Virus record (IMG/VR): IMGVR_UViG_3300008116_000004 | Direction: 5' to 3' (one strand) | DNA: 64,000 nucleotides | Source of the DNA: a virus | In this document: one piece after another, positions 27,687-36,460 of the stretch | How the letters are laid out: each line of letters begins with the position of its first letter | Position numbering within the stretch: the stretch's first letter is position 1 | Position numbers and translations under genes: made by a program | The notes under the pieces: generated by a model | Database searches by the model: none | What the model saw: the letters and a program-made list of their open reading frames with translations, nothing else | What the model was told of the DNA's origin: nothing

Positions 27687-29710
27687 TGGCTAAAAAATCT
27701 AGGCAGTTTTCTACCAGTGATTTTACACCTGAACAGGTTGCTAGTAATCCAGCTTTGAAAAAAGCCTATGAAGAAGCATTAGCAGAAGAAACAAAATTAG
27801 CTGCAGAGAAGAAGGCAGCTGCTGCAGAAAAAAGAAAAGAACAAAAAGCTATCAGAGATGCAGAAAAACAAGCTGCAAAACAAACTCTAGATGAAGTAAA
27901 AGAAACTAAGAAAGCATCAACTGCATCTACTACTGCTGCTAGAGATAAGCAAAAGAGAGTAGAAAAGCAAAATCGATTAGAAAATGTTACTAGAAGACTC
28001 CCAGGTGCTGACCGTATAGAAGGTGTAGTATCAGGTACAGCTAGAAATATTGCACGCACTGTTACATCTAGTATAACTGGTAGTACAGGATTAAGAAACT
28101 TAGCACCAAGAGCAGTTGCAGCTAACACATTACAGGCTGCTGGTTTAGGAAGTCTTATTGCTTTGAGTCCTCTTTTTAGTGGTGGTAGAAGAGATAGTAA
28201 ACCAGATTCTCGACCACCTGTAGGTATAGATATTGCACCTCTTATTATCGGGTTTAAACTCTTAGAAGTAAAATTAGATAATATTAATAATAGTATAGTT
28301 AATACAAATGAATATTTACAAGATCTAATTGCAGGTCAATCTCAAGCTGCAAGAGCAAGAATAGAAGAAGACAGAGAAAAGAGAGCACAAAGAGCACCGA
28401 GAGGAGAAGGTGTTACTGCTGTTCCTACTGCTGATGGTAAAGGTGGTATACTAAGTGCATTGAGCGGTCTTCTTCCTTCTATCGGTAGTTTGTTACCAAA
28501 TATTGGTTCAATTACTAAAGTATTTACACCTTTACTTACTGGTTTAAGTAATATTTTTAAAGGTCTATTAAGATTCTCTACTACTGTAGCACTACCAATA
28601 GCTGCATTAGTTGCTATTTTTACATCACTAGAACAGAAAGACTGGTCAGAGATATTTGGTAATTTAAGCAAAGTATTTGATGATCTTTCTAAAGGTAAAT
28701 TCTTAGATGCTTTTGTAAGATTAATAGGTACTATATCTGATACTTTAATCACTGGCGCTGGTAGACTAGTAGCTGATATTTTAGATTTTTTCGGTTTAGA
28801 AAGTGTAGCTAAATCTATAAATGATTTTTTAGATACTGTAGATATTGGTACCACTTATGTAAATGCTGTACAAGCTATAACTGATTATGTGGTAAATGCT
28901 TTTTATGCTGCAAAAGATACTGTAAGTGGATGGATTAATACTGCATTTGATGTTGGTCAAAAATTAATTGATTGGGCAGTTGGTTTAAAAGATAGTATTG
29001 TAAATAAATTTAGCAATGCTAAAGATGAGATTATAGCTTGGTGGGAAAGTTTCTCATTAAGTGCTCTACTAACTGAAAAATTTGAAGAGATAAAAAATAA
29101 AATAATTAATTTTGTAGGTCAAGACAATCTTCAAAAAGTATTTGATGTATTAGATTTCAATGTTGGTGGTTATATTTCTGAAAAGCTAGGTGAAGTGGTA
29201 GATAAAATTAAAAATATGTTTGCTGGTATTACAGATACTATAGGTAATTTCTTATATGAAAAAGGTAAGTTATTTGAAAAAATAGGGTTATCTAATCCGT
29301 TCGAAGGATTTAAATCACAGGCAACTGCTGCCACTGCAGGTGCTACACCACAATCTAGTTTCTCTGCTATGGCTGCTGCTGGTCCTTCTGTACCCCTGAC
29401 AGCTCAAACTTCATATAGAGAAGTACCTATTGATATGGGTGAAGGTGTTACTAGTACAACTACCGAAGCTATTACTACTTTTAAACCTACTGTGAATACT
29501 AAAAATCTTGCTATGGTAGCTCAATCTGGATTTGCTGCAATGGCGGCTGCTGGGCCACCTCAAGTAGTAGTATTACCTGGCTCAGGTACAATGAATAGTT
29601 CAAGAGAACCTAGCACACCTCCTAGAATAAGTTCAGGGGCAGTATCGACCGCCCCTGCACCATCTCTTATGGATCAATCATTATATGGCTTTGGTGCTAA
29701 CTATTATTAA
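27686..29710 (+). CDS. Tape-measure-like baseplate hub protein (gp29-like)
   Basis: Long helical Ala/Lys-rich N-terminus, hydrophobic middle, W/F-periodic repeats; follows gp26/gp51. Confidence 0.65.
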   Translation: MAKKSRQFSTSDFTPEQVASNPALKKAYEEALAEETKLAAEKKAAAAEKRKEQKAIRDAEKQAAKQTLDEVKETKKASTASTTAARDKQKRVEKQNRLENVTRRLPGADRIEGVVSGTARNIARTVTSSITGSTGLRNLAPRAVAANTLQAAGLGSLIALSPLFSGGRRDSKPDSRPPVGIDIAPLIIGFKLLEVKLDNINNSIVNTNEYLQDLIAGQSQAARARIEEDREKRAQRAPRGEGVTAVPTADGKGGILSALSGLLPSIGSLLPNIGSITKVFTPLLTGLSNIFKGLLRFSTTVALPIAALVAIFTSLEQKDWSEIFGNLSKVFDDLSKGKFLDAFVRLIGTISDTLITGAGRLVADILDFFGLESVAKSINDFLDTVDIGTTYVNAVQAITDYVVNAFYAAKDTVSGWINTAFDVGQKLIDWAVGLKDSIVNKFSNAKDEIIAWWESFSLSALLTEKFEEIKNKIINFVGQDNLQKVFDVLDFNVGGYISEKLGEVVDKIKNMFAGITDTIGNFLYEKGKLFEKIGLSNPFEGFKSQATAATAGATPQSSFSAMAAAGPSVPLTAQTSYREVPIDMGEGVTSTTTEAITTFKPTVNTKNLAMVAQSGFAAMAAAGPPQVVVLPGSGTMNSSREPSTPPRISSGAVSTAPAPSLMDQSLYGFGANYY

Positions 29711-30624
29711 TCGTTAGCAAGCTTCTTAAAGAAACTCAAATCATCATCATCCTCATCCCAAGGTGCTGAAGACTCTTGCTTAGCTGCTGGAATTGCAGGT
29801 GCAGGAGCTGCACGTTGTGGTGTCGGGAATGCTTCATCTTCATCGATAGCAGGTGCCATGCGTTGAGCTGAGTCACCAGCAACACCGAGAGCTTTTTCCA
29901 AACGCATCTTAAGTTCTTCATATGACTTAAAGTGCTTAGGATCAAGAAGTTCTTGAAGTGAATGTTCTTTAGACCAGATAGCTTTGATCTGTTCATCGTC
30001 ACCAGCAATAGGTGCAGGTGATTCAAACTCTGACTTATCGTAGTTACGATAGCCTTCTACCTGACGAATCTTGAGCTTGAAGTTAGCACCATCCCAGAAG
30101 TCAAATGGGTTAATTGCCTTCTCATCAGCAAATTGTGGATGCATTGCTTCATTAAGCTTATCAAAGATCTTCTTACCATATTTGAACAAAAATACCTTAC
30201 CGTTGTTTTCAGGACGGGTAGGATCATTGACAACAAGGATATTAGAGAAGTAAGAGAGACGACGCTTCTGCTTACGAACGAGATCTTTGTTTGACTCGAT
30301 ACCAGAGTTCCAGAGCTTTGTATTCATTTCTGAAACAGGATCTGGCTTATTGAAAGTAGTTAGACTCTTCTCGATATACCAACCACCAGGACCTTGGAAC
30401 CCATGATCCCAAATGCGTACGAACGGCATGTCTTCACCAGCTGGGGCGGGAAGGAAACGAATGATCGCATAACCGTTTCCGGCTTTGTCAACGTCTGGCT
30501 TCCAGTAGCGGTCGTCGTTGGTATTGTCTTGGGGAACTGTAGAATTGAGCTTGTTGAGCTCGGATGTGAGTTTGTCAAAGTTAGACTTACGATTTTGTTT
30601 AAGTGCTTCGAAATTAATAGTCAT
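29707..30624 (-). CDS. gp32: Single-stranded DNA-binding protein gp32
   Basis: DKAGNGYAIIRFLP, HGFQGPGGWYIE, GANFKLKIR..YRNYDKSEF, acidic tail. Confidence 0.96.
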   Translation of the reverse strand: MTINFEALKQNRKSNFDKLTSELNKLNSTVPQDNTNDDRYWKPDVDKAGNGYAIIRFLPAPAGEDMPFVRIWDHGFQGPGGWYIEKSLTTFNKPDPVSEMNTKLWNSGIESNKDLVRKQKRRLSYFSNILVVNDPTRPENNGKVFLFKYGKKIFDKLNEAMHPQFADEKAINPFDFWDGANFKLKIRQVEGYRNYDKSEFESPAPIAGDDEQIKAIWSKEHSLQELLDPKHFKSYEELKMRLEKALGVAGDSAQRMAPAIDEDEAFPTPQRAAPAPAIPAAKQESSAPWDEDDDDLSFFKKLAND

Positions 30625-30678
30625 AATATTCTCCGTTGTGTTTCGATGTATTAATTATATGCGACGATGTATAATACT

Positions 30679-31251
30679 TCAACTAAATTTATTGCGAAGT
30701 ATTGCACAGTATTTATCTTTCTCGTAAGAAAGAAATGGATGTAGCTTTTTACAATTCAAAGCTATTTGTGGCCATAAGACAGGGTCTGTAATTTCTTTAT
30801 TCCACTTACTAAAGAAACGAACACAGTCTTGTATGATAATGAAAGTCTCTTTTGAGATCTTTTTGCGTGTGAGTAGAGTGAGAAGGTAGGGATAGTCACC
30901 TGGTTTTACTTCAAAGTTAGCATCGAAGTTTTCAAGAAGATTGTCTATATCACCCTCAAACATATATGTAAGAGTTTGTTTACGTCTTAGAAACTCATTA
31001 TACTTCATCTGCTGATCTAAACCAAATAGATCACCTACCCATAGTTTCTGATTTTCTGAGAGATTAGCAACCAAGAATGTAAGAGGATCTTCATGCTTAG
31101 ATAGTTTATAAAACATATATTTGTCTTTACGAGTTTCAAATGTATGTTCAGATGCTCTCACCTTACCGTTGTATTTAAAGAAGTCATATGACTCTGTTGT
31201 AAAGTGATTCTTGATTGCCGTATAAAGCTTATATGCTTCAAAAGGACTCAT
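30679..31251 (-). CDS. gp59: Helicase loader gp59
   Basis: YKLY.AIKNHF...YDFFKYNGK..RKDKYMF.KL; synteny. Confidence 0.9.
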   Translation of the reverse strand: MSPFEAYKLYTAIKNHFTTESYDFFKYNGKVRASEHTFETRKDKYMFYKLSKHEDPLTFLVANLSENQKLWVGDLFGLDQQMKYNEFLRRKQTLTYMFEGDIDNLLENFDANFEVKPGDYPYLLTLLTRKKISKETFIIIQDCVRFFSKWNKEITDPVLWPQIALNCKKLHPFLSYEKDKYCAILRNKFS

Positions 31252-31481
31252 ATAGGAAGTCGACTCGTCTTTCTTACCATGTTAAGATTTTCTGCTTCTA
31301 CTTGTATCCTAGCTTTTAATAGAGCACTTTGTTTAATAAGTGAAGCAGCTGTCTCTACCTCAACATTATTTGTTTCACAATAATACATTACAGCGTCAAA
31401 AAAAGTTAAATTTTTACTTAAAACTAATTTATCTATTTCTTTAACGAAGTCGGCAGAAGATTTAACGTTGGCTATTTTCAT
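31248..31481 (-). CDS. gp33: Late transcription co-activator gp33
   Basis: DAV.YYCE.NN.EVE....LI...LKARI..EA..LN. Confidence 0.88.
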   Translation of the reverse strand: MKIANVKSSADFVKEIDKLVLSKNLTFFDAVMYYCETNNVEVETAASLIKQSALLKARIQVEAENLNMVRKTSRLPI

Positions 31482-31491
31482 ATTGTACCAT

Positions 31492-32265
31492 TCACTGATT
31501 TACATTTATTATTTTATTATATTTTAAAAAAGAAATAAACGATCCTATAAGATCAAACTCTTTTTTATTAGTAGAGAAATAAGGGTTTCTAGGATCACCA
31601 TGATGATTATTATGCCATGCTTCTCCTAGAGAAACATAAGCAAGAAAAGGTAAGTTTACACTATTATCTTTTGTTTCGTAGTTTCTATAACCAATATTTT
31701 TCATGTGTGAAAATATGTTTACCATACCAGTTACAAACCAGACATAAGCACCTGGTACTAAAAATCCTACTATTGGTCCCATAAACCCGAATATTAAATA
31801 TAAAATTACTATTAGAGAGATGTTAATTAACCAATGATATTTGTATAAGAATACTAGCTCTTTATGCTTTACGTAATCTTTAACAAATGCAACCTTTTGC
31901 TCATGCATAACAAATCCAAAATATGAATTTATAAATCCATGATGAGGACCGTGAGGATCTTTTTCTCTGTCTGTATATGCATGATGCTCTCTGTGAATAG
32001 CAACCCAAGAAAGAGATGGTCCTTGTAATGTAAAAACTGCAATAAAAAGAAAAATATTACGCACCCAATCACTATTAAACTTAAATGCTTTATGTGTTAA
32101 GTAGCGATGGTTGATCATACCTATTCCGATACCACCCATTATAACTGCTATACCATAAGCAATCAACCAATGATACCATGATGCATACATTATCATAGGT
32201 ATAAAGGAAAGATGAGCAATTAATTGAGTTATTAATACAATATAGGAATCTAAAGTATATTTCAT
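31492..32265 (-). CDS. Membrane fatty-acid desaturase (delta-9/OLE1-DesC-like)
   Basis: Three His boxes HRYLTH, HREHH (then DPH), GEAWHNNHH; TM helices; GYRNY.T.D.S.N. Confidence 0.92.
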   Translation of the reverse strand: MKYTLDSYIVLITQLIAHLSFIPMIMYASWYHWLIAYGIAVIMGGIGIGMINHRYLTHKAFKFNSDWVRNIFLFIAVFTLQGPSLSWVAIHREHHAYTDREKDPHGPHHGFINSYFGFVMHEQKVAFVKDYVKHKELVFLYKYHWLINISLIVILYLIFGFMGPIVGFLVPGAYVWFVTGMVNIFSHMKNIGYRNYETKDNSVNLPFLAYVSLGEAWHNNHHGDPRNPYFSTNKKEFDLIGSFISFLKYNKIINVNQ

Positions 32266-32270
32266 TAGTT

Positions 32271-32278
32271 TATTTATA
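32271..32278 (-). promoter_or_regulatory. T4-type late promoter for the desaturase
   Basis: TATAAATA 5 nt before the ATG at 32265. Confidence 0.5.
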
Positions 32279-33431
32279 GACTTGAAAAAGCTAATGTAAT
32301 ATTAGTACCACCAAAACCAAACGAGTTGTTTAAGGTTACTTTTTGTTTGCTATTGTAGATTTCCGTAGGCAGATTAATATCTTTTTTAGATATAGAATTA
32401 TCTAATTCGTCTAAATTCCAATTAGGTATTACCACATCATGTTTTAATGCTAAAAGACATGCAAGTGTCTCTATTGCACCTGCTGCACCAAAAAGATGTC
32501 CATGTAAACTCTTTGTAGAACTGACTGGTATATATTTTGCTTTATCACCAAACAAACTAATTATACTCTGCAATTCAACTATATCACCTGTTGGTGTGCC
32601 TGTACCATGTGCGTTAATATAGGTAATATCGTCAAACAAAATATTTTTAGTTGCAATTTGCATTGCTTTTATTTGTCCTGGTGTGTTAGGTTTAGTAACG
32701 GATTCAGAACCATTAGTAGCACCATACCCTACTATTTCACCGTAAATATTAGCATTTCTTTTCAATGCGTGATCAAGCTCTTCTAATATAAAAATTACTG
32801 AACCCTCAGACATAGTAATACCGTTTCTGTTTTTTGAGAACGGTTTGCAGTCATCACTTAATGCATTCATTGCTTTCCAGAATGCAAATTGTAATTCATT
32901 AATACAAGCTTCCGCACCACCAGCTGCAAGACAATCATACTCCCCATATGCAATTTTTTTATATGCTTCACCGATTGCAGTTGATGCAGATGCACATGCT
33001 GTAGAATATGTAAAAGCTGGACCTGTTATATTCTCTTTTAAAGCAATAAAGTTAGCACCCATATTAACCACTGAGCAAACTAATGCGGTAGGTTTTACTT
33101 TATTCTTAGCAAATAAACTTCTATAAGATTCTTCGTATGTTAATGCACCACCACCATAACCAACACCTAAAAATATACCTTCTGGTTGTACGGAGCTATC
33201 ATTTTTTGCATCTAAGAAAGAAAGGTATGCCAGTCGTGTAAATCTATCAGTGACGTTTAAATCAAATCTATCAAAATGTGAATCTATATTATCTTTAACT
33301 ATATAAGCAGCCGATCCAAATATATACTCTTTGGTACCCTGCTTACCAGTAAAGAGTGATTCTTTAATTTCTGATAAATTATTACCAATAGGTGTTCTAC
33401 TACCTACACCCGTAACTACAACACGTCTCAT
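32274..33431 (-). CDS. Beta-ketoacyl-ACP synthase (FabF/NodE-like)
   Basis: RRVVVTG; catalytic TACAS, NAHGTGT, STKSLHGH; NSFGFGGTN. Confidence 0.93.
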   Translation of the reverse strand: MRRVVVTGVGSRTPIGNNLSEIKESLFTGKQGTKEYIFGSAAYIVKDNIDSHFDRFDLNVTDRFTRLAYLSFLDAKNDSSVQPEGIFLGVGYGGGALTYEESYRSLFAKNKVKPTALVCSVVNMGANFIALKENITGPAFTYSTACASASTAIGEAYKKIAYGEYDCLAAGGAEACINELQFAFWKAMNALSDDCKPFSKNRNGITMSEGSVIFILEELDHALKRNANIYGEIVGYGATNGSESVTKPNTPGQIKAMQIATKNILFDDITYINAHGTGTPTGDIVELQSIISLFGDKAKYIPVSSTKSLHGHLFGAAGAIETLACLLALKHDVVIPNWNLDELDNSISKKDINLPTEIYNSKQKVTLNNSFGFGGTNITLAFSSL

Positions 33432-33685
33432 TCTTTATCGATATTTTCGTAGAGGTAATCGATCAATTCTTCAATAGTTGTAGCACCACTTTCAATAGTA
33501 ATAGTATTAATTTTAAAGATATCTTCTAATTCAGACATAAAAGTTATTACTTCTAGTGAGTCTAGCTTTTCATTTAATTCTTTAAGACGGGATAACGGAT
33601 AGCTTCTATCAAATGTGCTAAGATCAATACCGTAACTTTTATTAAAGTGATCAAAAACTACTTTTGCGATCTCTTCTTTGGTCAT
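33428..33685 (-). CDS. Acyl carrier protein
   Basis: 85 aa, acidic, LDSLE phosphopantetheine site, ELEDIF..TIEELIDY. GGAGA RBS before ATG 33685; ATGA overlap with the KS. Confidence 0.85.
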   Translation of the reverse strand: MTKEEIAKVVFDHFNKSYGIDLSTFDRSYPLSRLKELNEKLDSLEVITFMSELEDIFKINTITIESGATTIEELIDYLYENIDKE

Positions 33686-33703
33686 TATAATCTCCATAAT
33701 ATA

Positions 33704-34045
33704 GTGTGAGGTGTTTCTGTTTCCAAGCACACCTCACGAAGCTCATGTGACTCAGGCTGCTAGAGCGTAAGCACCATATGCATTGTTATCGTTTGCATTT
33801 ACGAGTTTGCATCAGTCTCAGGTTAGCCTTTACTACACCTGTCGATCCTGTTTCGCCCCCATCAAAGATACACTGTGAGACACCGCTTTGCTCAGTGCGA
33901 ACAGTTATATACTAGTCTCTTCCGCCTTACCCTCTTTATAATAGGAGGACTGTTGCACCCAACGACCAGTGTATCCGTGGTGGAGGCGGCGGGTACTGCC
34001 CCCGCGTCCAGAATGTCTATTCTACTTCCGTCAACGACATCAGCT
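33704..34045 (-). ncRNA. ssrA: Circularly permuted (two-piece) tmRNA gene
   Basis: Acceptor piece ends GACGCGGGGGCAGTACCCGCCGCCTCCACCA (CCA end at 33978). 117-nt intervening segment. Coding piece starts GGGGGCGAAACAGGATCGAC at 33860. G3:U acceptor pair. Tag ANDNNAYGAYALAA* at 33796-33752. Outer boundaries approximate. Confidence 0.93.
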
Positions 34046-34048
34046 CTT

Positions 34049-34081
34049 TATTTATAGTATAGTTAAAAATTAAAATCAACT
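34049..34081 (-). promoter_or_regulatory. tmRNA promoter (overlapping sigma70-like and late elements)
   Basis: AG-TTGATT (34079-34074)-N17-TATAAA, with TATAAATA at 34056-34049. Confidence 0.6.
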
Positions 34082-34082
34082 G

Positions 34083-34286
34083 TTAAATCTTACCCCAATC
34101 GATCTTATTCCATATTCTCTCATTAATAAAATAAGACAAAGTCCATAAACAGTTAATAATAATAGTAGGTATAATTGCATCAGCCATATTCTGACCAGTA
34201 ACAAGAAGCATGATATAAGTTGTCATAATTACAAACAACCTGTAAATTAACGACTTAACAATCGTTCTTTTAAGAGTAGCTTTCAT
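34083..34286 (-). CDS. DUF2061-like small membrane protein
   Basis: R.IVKS..YR..YF.NERIWNKI.WG. Confidence 0.75.
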   Translation of the reverse strand: MKATLKRTIVKSLIYRLFVIMTTYIMLLVTGQNMADAIIPTIIINCLWTLSYFINERIWNKIDWGKI

Positions 34287-34981
34287 ACGTTATACTTCTC
34301 TTTATACTCTTGTCTTACTTGCATTAGTTTATTAACATATACATCTCTACGATCTTCAAATATCTGCGGCACTTCATTATCAACAGAAATTAAAATAACT
34401 ATTCTACTTACTGGTATATTATATCTCTCTTCAAACATAATAGCATATGCAGAGGCTTGACAAAAGTAATTAAGAATATAATCTCTGTTTTTATGTTTAC
34501 GAGCTGTCTTAAAATCAATAATAGAAAGTTTACCTTTCCATTCTGCAACACAGTCTACAGTACCTGCCATCTGAAGATGATCGGAATACATTCTTGTTTC
34601 TTGCAATCTTACATTATCAATATGATTATCTAAGAGAGGTTTTAACTCTTTAAAATTTAAAGAGTCGTTATAGTTATACTTAGAATAATCTATCTCATCA
34701 TTGTTAATGTAATCTTCACATAATTGATGAATACGAGTACCTCTAGTAGCAGCTTGTGTGCTGATACGAGTAGCTTCTTCTTCACCTACTTTTCTTCTCC
34801 ATTCCTGAATAGCTTTCTGATTCATAATACCTGTAACTGTAGTAACAGACGGATATAATAAACCTTCTGGCGTTTTATAATATCTACCAGAGTCTGTATT
34901 AACCTGTTCAAGTATATTATTTACTTCAGGAATCTCGATATGATTAAAAGTTTTTCTTTGTTTTAAAATATTTTCTAGCAT
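34283..34981 (-). CDS. PD-(D/E)XK (Cas4-like) exonuclease
   Basis: YPSVTTV, RGT.IH..CE, AGTVDC..IIDFKT..Q..AYA. Confidence 0.88.
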   Translation of the reverse strand: MLENILKQRKTFNHIEIPEVNNILEQVNTDSGRYYKTPEGLLYPSVTTVTGIMNQKAIQEWRRKVGEEEATRISTQAATRGTRIHQLCEDYINNDEIDYSKYNYNDSLNFKELKPLLDNHIDNVRLQETRMYSDHLQMAGTVDCVAEWKGKLSIIDFKTARKHKNRDYILNYFCQASAYAIMFEERYNIPVSRIVILISVDNEVPQIFEDRRDVYVNKLMQVRQEYKEKYNV

Positions 34982-34982
34982 G

Positions 34983-35672
34983 TTACTTTATAAAATGATA
35001 ATCACCATCAGGTCCATTATCACTAAAAGCATTATCGTCAACTAAAATAAATCCCTTAGAACGTATATAATCAATAATAATATCTTTATGTGGTGCACCT
35101 TTGTTGTATTCTACTTTTTGTAATTCCATAATAAGATGTTTTGTATGCTGTAAACAGATATCAGCACCTTTAAGTACGTCTAGTTCTGCACCTTGTACAT
35201 CTATCTTAATCAGATCTGGTAAAGGAAAGTTTTTATTTTTAACTACATTATCTAAAGTAGATGTAGTATATTCTTTAATATGAGATTCGTTAAAATAATG
35301 TTCTGCACCAGAATTAAATTTAGGGTTTTCTCTGTAGTAAGAATTTCCACCAGGAAAAAAATTGTTCTGATAGAATTTAACTATATTACCAGTAGCGTCT
35401 GATAGTACACCGATGTTATAACCAGCAATATCAGAATCTTTAAAAATAAATTCTACTTCAGGCATTGCTTCAAAGCAGTAGAAGTTAGATGTAGGCCATA
35501 TTTGTTTTGCTTCATTTGTCCAGTGAAGTACACAAGCACCTATATCGTAAACTACCTCAGGTACAAACTTATAGTAGTTTTTAATTCTACTAAGATAGTT
35601 AGAATGCACCTGAGGTAGTAATTTTTTTTCGCTTAATTCTTTAAGATGTTTTTCAATTTCATTCATAATCAA
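34983..35672 (-). CDS. FkbM-family SAM methyltransferase
   Basis: YDIGA, FEA, LIKIDVQGAELDVLKG. Confidence 0.88.
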   Translation of the reverse strand: MIMNEIEKHLKELSEKKLLPQVHSNYLSRIKNYYKFVPEVVYDIGACVLHWTNEAKQIWPTSNFYCFEAMPEVEFIFKDSDIAGYNIGVLSDATGNIVKFYQNNFFPGGNSYYRENPKFNSGAEHYFNESHIKEYTTSTLDNVVKNKNFPLPDLIKIDVQGAELDVLKGADICLQHTKHLIMELQKVEYNKGAPHKDIIIDYIRSKGFILVDDNAFSDNGPDGDYHFIK

Positions 35673-36445
35673 TTTAAGTAAGTAGATACTGTATCAGTCT
35701 CCTTATTAATATATCTTCTATTTTCCATAGCAGTCTTTTTAATAATAAAGTCTTTTACTAGTCCTGATCTTACAATATCCTCTTCTACAAATTCTACTGA
35801 ACTAAAATATTTATTCATTCTCTCTAGTATTTTCATAAATTTAAGAATACCAGATCTTTCATCATCATATACTAGATCAGTTTGTCTATAATCTCCACAG
35901 AAAATTATTCTTGAATTTTTACCTACACGTGTTATAACAGTGCATAGTTCACTATAGGTCATATTTTGACATTCATCTACTATAATTATAGTATTATCTA
36001 AAGTTGTTCCTCTTAGAAATGATGTTGTCTGGAAGTCTATTATACCTTTACCTTTAAGTATCTCATATGCATCACCTCTACCGTAAAGTTCTGAGCATAT
36101 TGATTGATAAGGTAGTTCAAATATTTTTGATTTTTCTTTTATTGAACCGGGAAGAAATCCCATATCTCGGGAAGGCACCACTGATCGTATCAGTGTAATA
36201 TTATTGTAGTCTTTATACTGTTCTATTTCTGAAAGAGCAAGGTAGAGTGAAATGAATGATTTGCCGGTACCAGGCAATCCATGTATTAAAATGTTTCTAC
36301 CATTTGAAAAGTCTTTGAACACACACTCCTGATTTTTTGTTTTGGGGATAATCGATTTGAGTATTAGGTTATTTTTTACTTGTTTAGCCTCTTGACGCTT
36401 TTGTTGTTTAATTAATCTCTTTTCAGCGCGTGTGAGTCTTTCCAT
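35669..36445 (-). CDS. phoH: PhoH-family ATPase
   Basis: GLPGTGKS, MGFLPG, FLRGTT, DECQN, TRVG, GDYRQ.D, DIVRSGLV. Confidence 0.95.
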   Translation of the reverse strand: MERLTRAEKRLIKQQKRQEAKQVKNNLILKSIIPKTKNQECVFKDFSNGRNILIHGLPGTGKSFISLYLALSEIEQYKDYNNITLIRSVVPSRDMGFLPGSIKEKSKIFELPYQSICSELYGRGDAYEILKGKGIIDFQTTSFLRGTTLDNTIIIVDECQNMTYSELCTVITRVGKNSRIIFCGDYRQTDLVYDDERSGILKFMKILERMNKYFSSVEFVEEDIVRSGLVKDFIIKKTAMENRRYINKETDTVSTYLN

Positions 36446-36460
36446 GTGGTACCTCTTTTT

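Noticed and set aside
31492-33685. Host contamination or chimeric assembly of the lipid genes
   Set aside because: Genes are tightly packed on the same strand between phage core genes, similarly AT-rich and tied to phage-type promoters; read mapping would settle it.
33686-33730. N-terminal extension of ACP in the ORF track
   Set aside because: Overlaps the tmRNA 3' hairpin; the RBS supports ATG 33685.
33978-34010. Stand-alone tRNA (T-arm + CCA)
   Set aside because: No anticodon or D arm upstream; its pairing partner lies downstream at 33860, so it is the tmRNA acceptor piece.
33875-34057. 60-aa + strand ORF
   Set aside because: Antisense shadow of the tmRNA gene.
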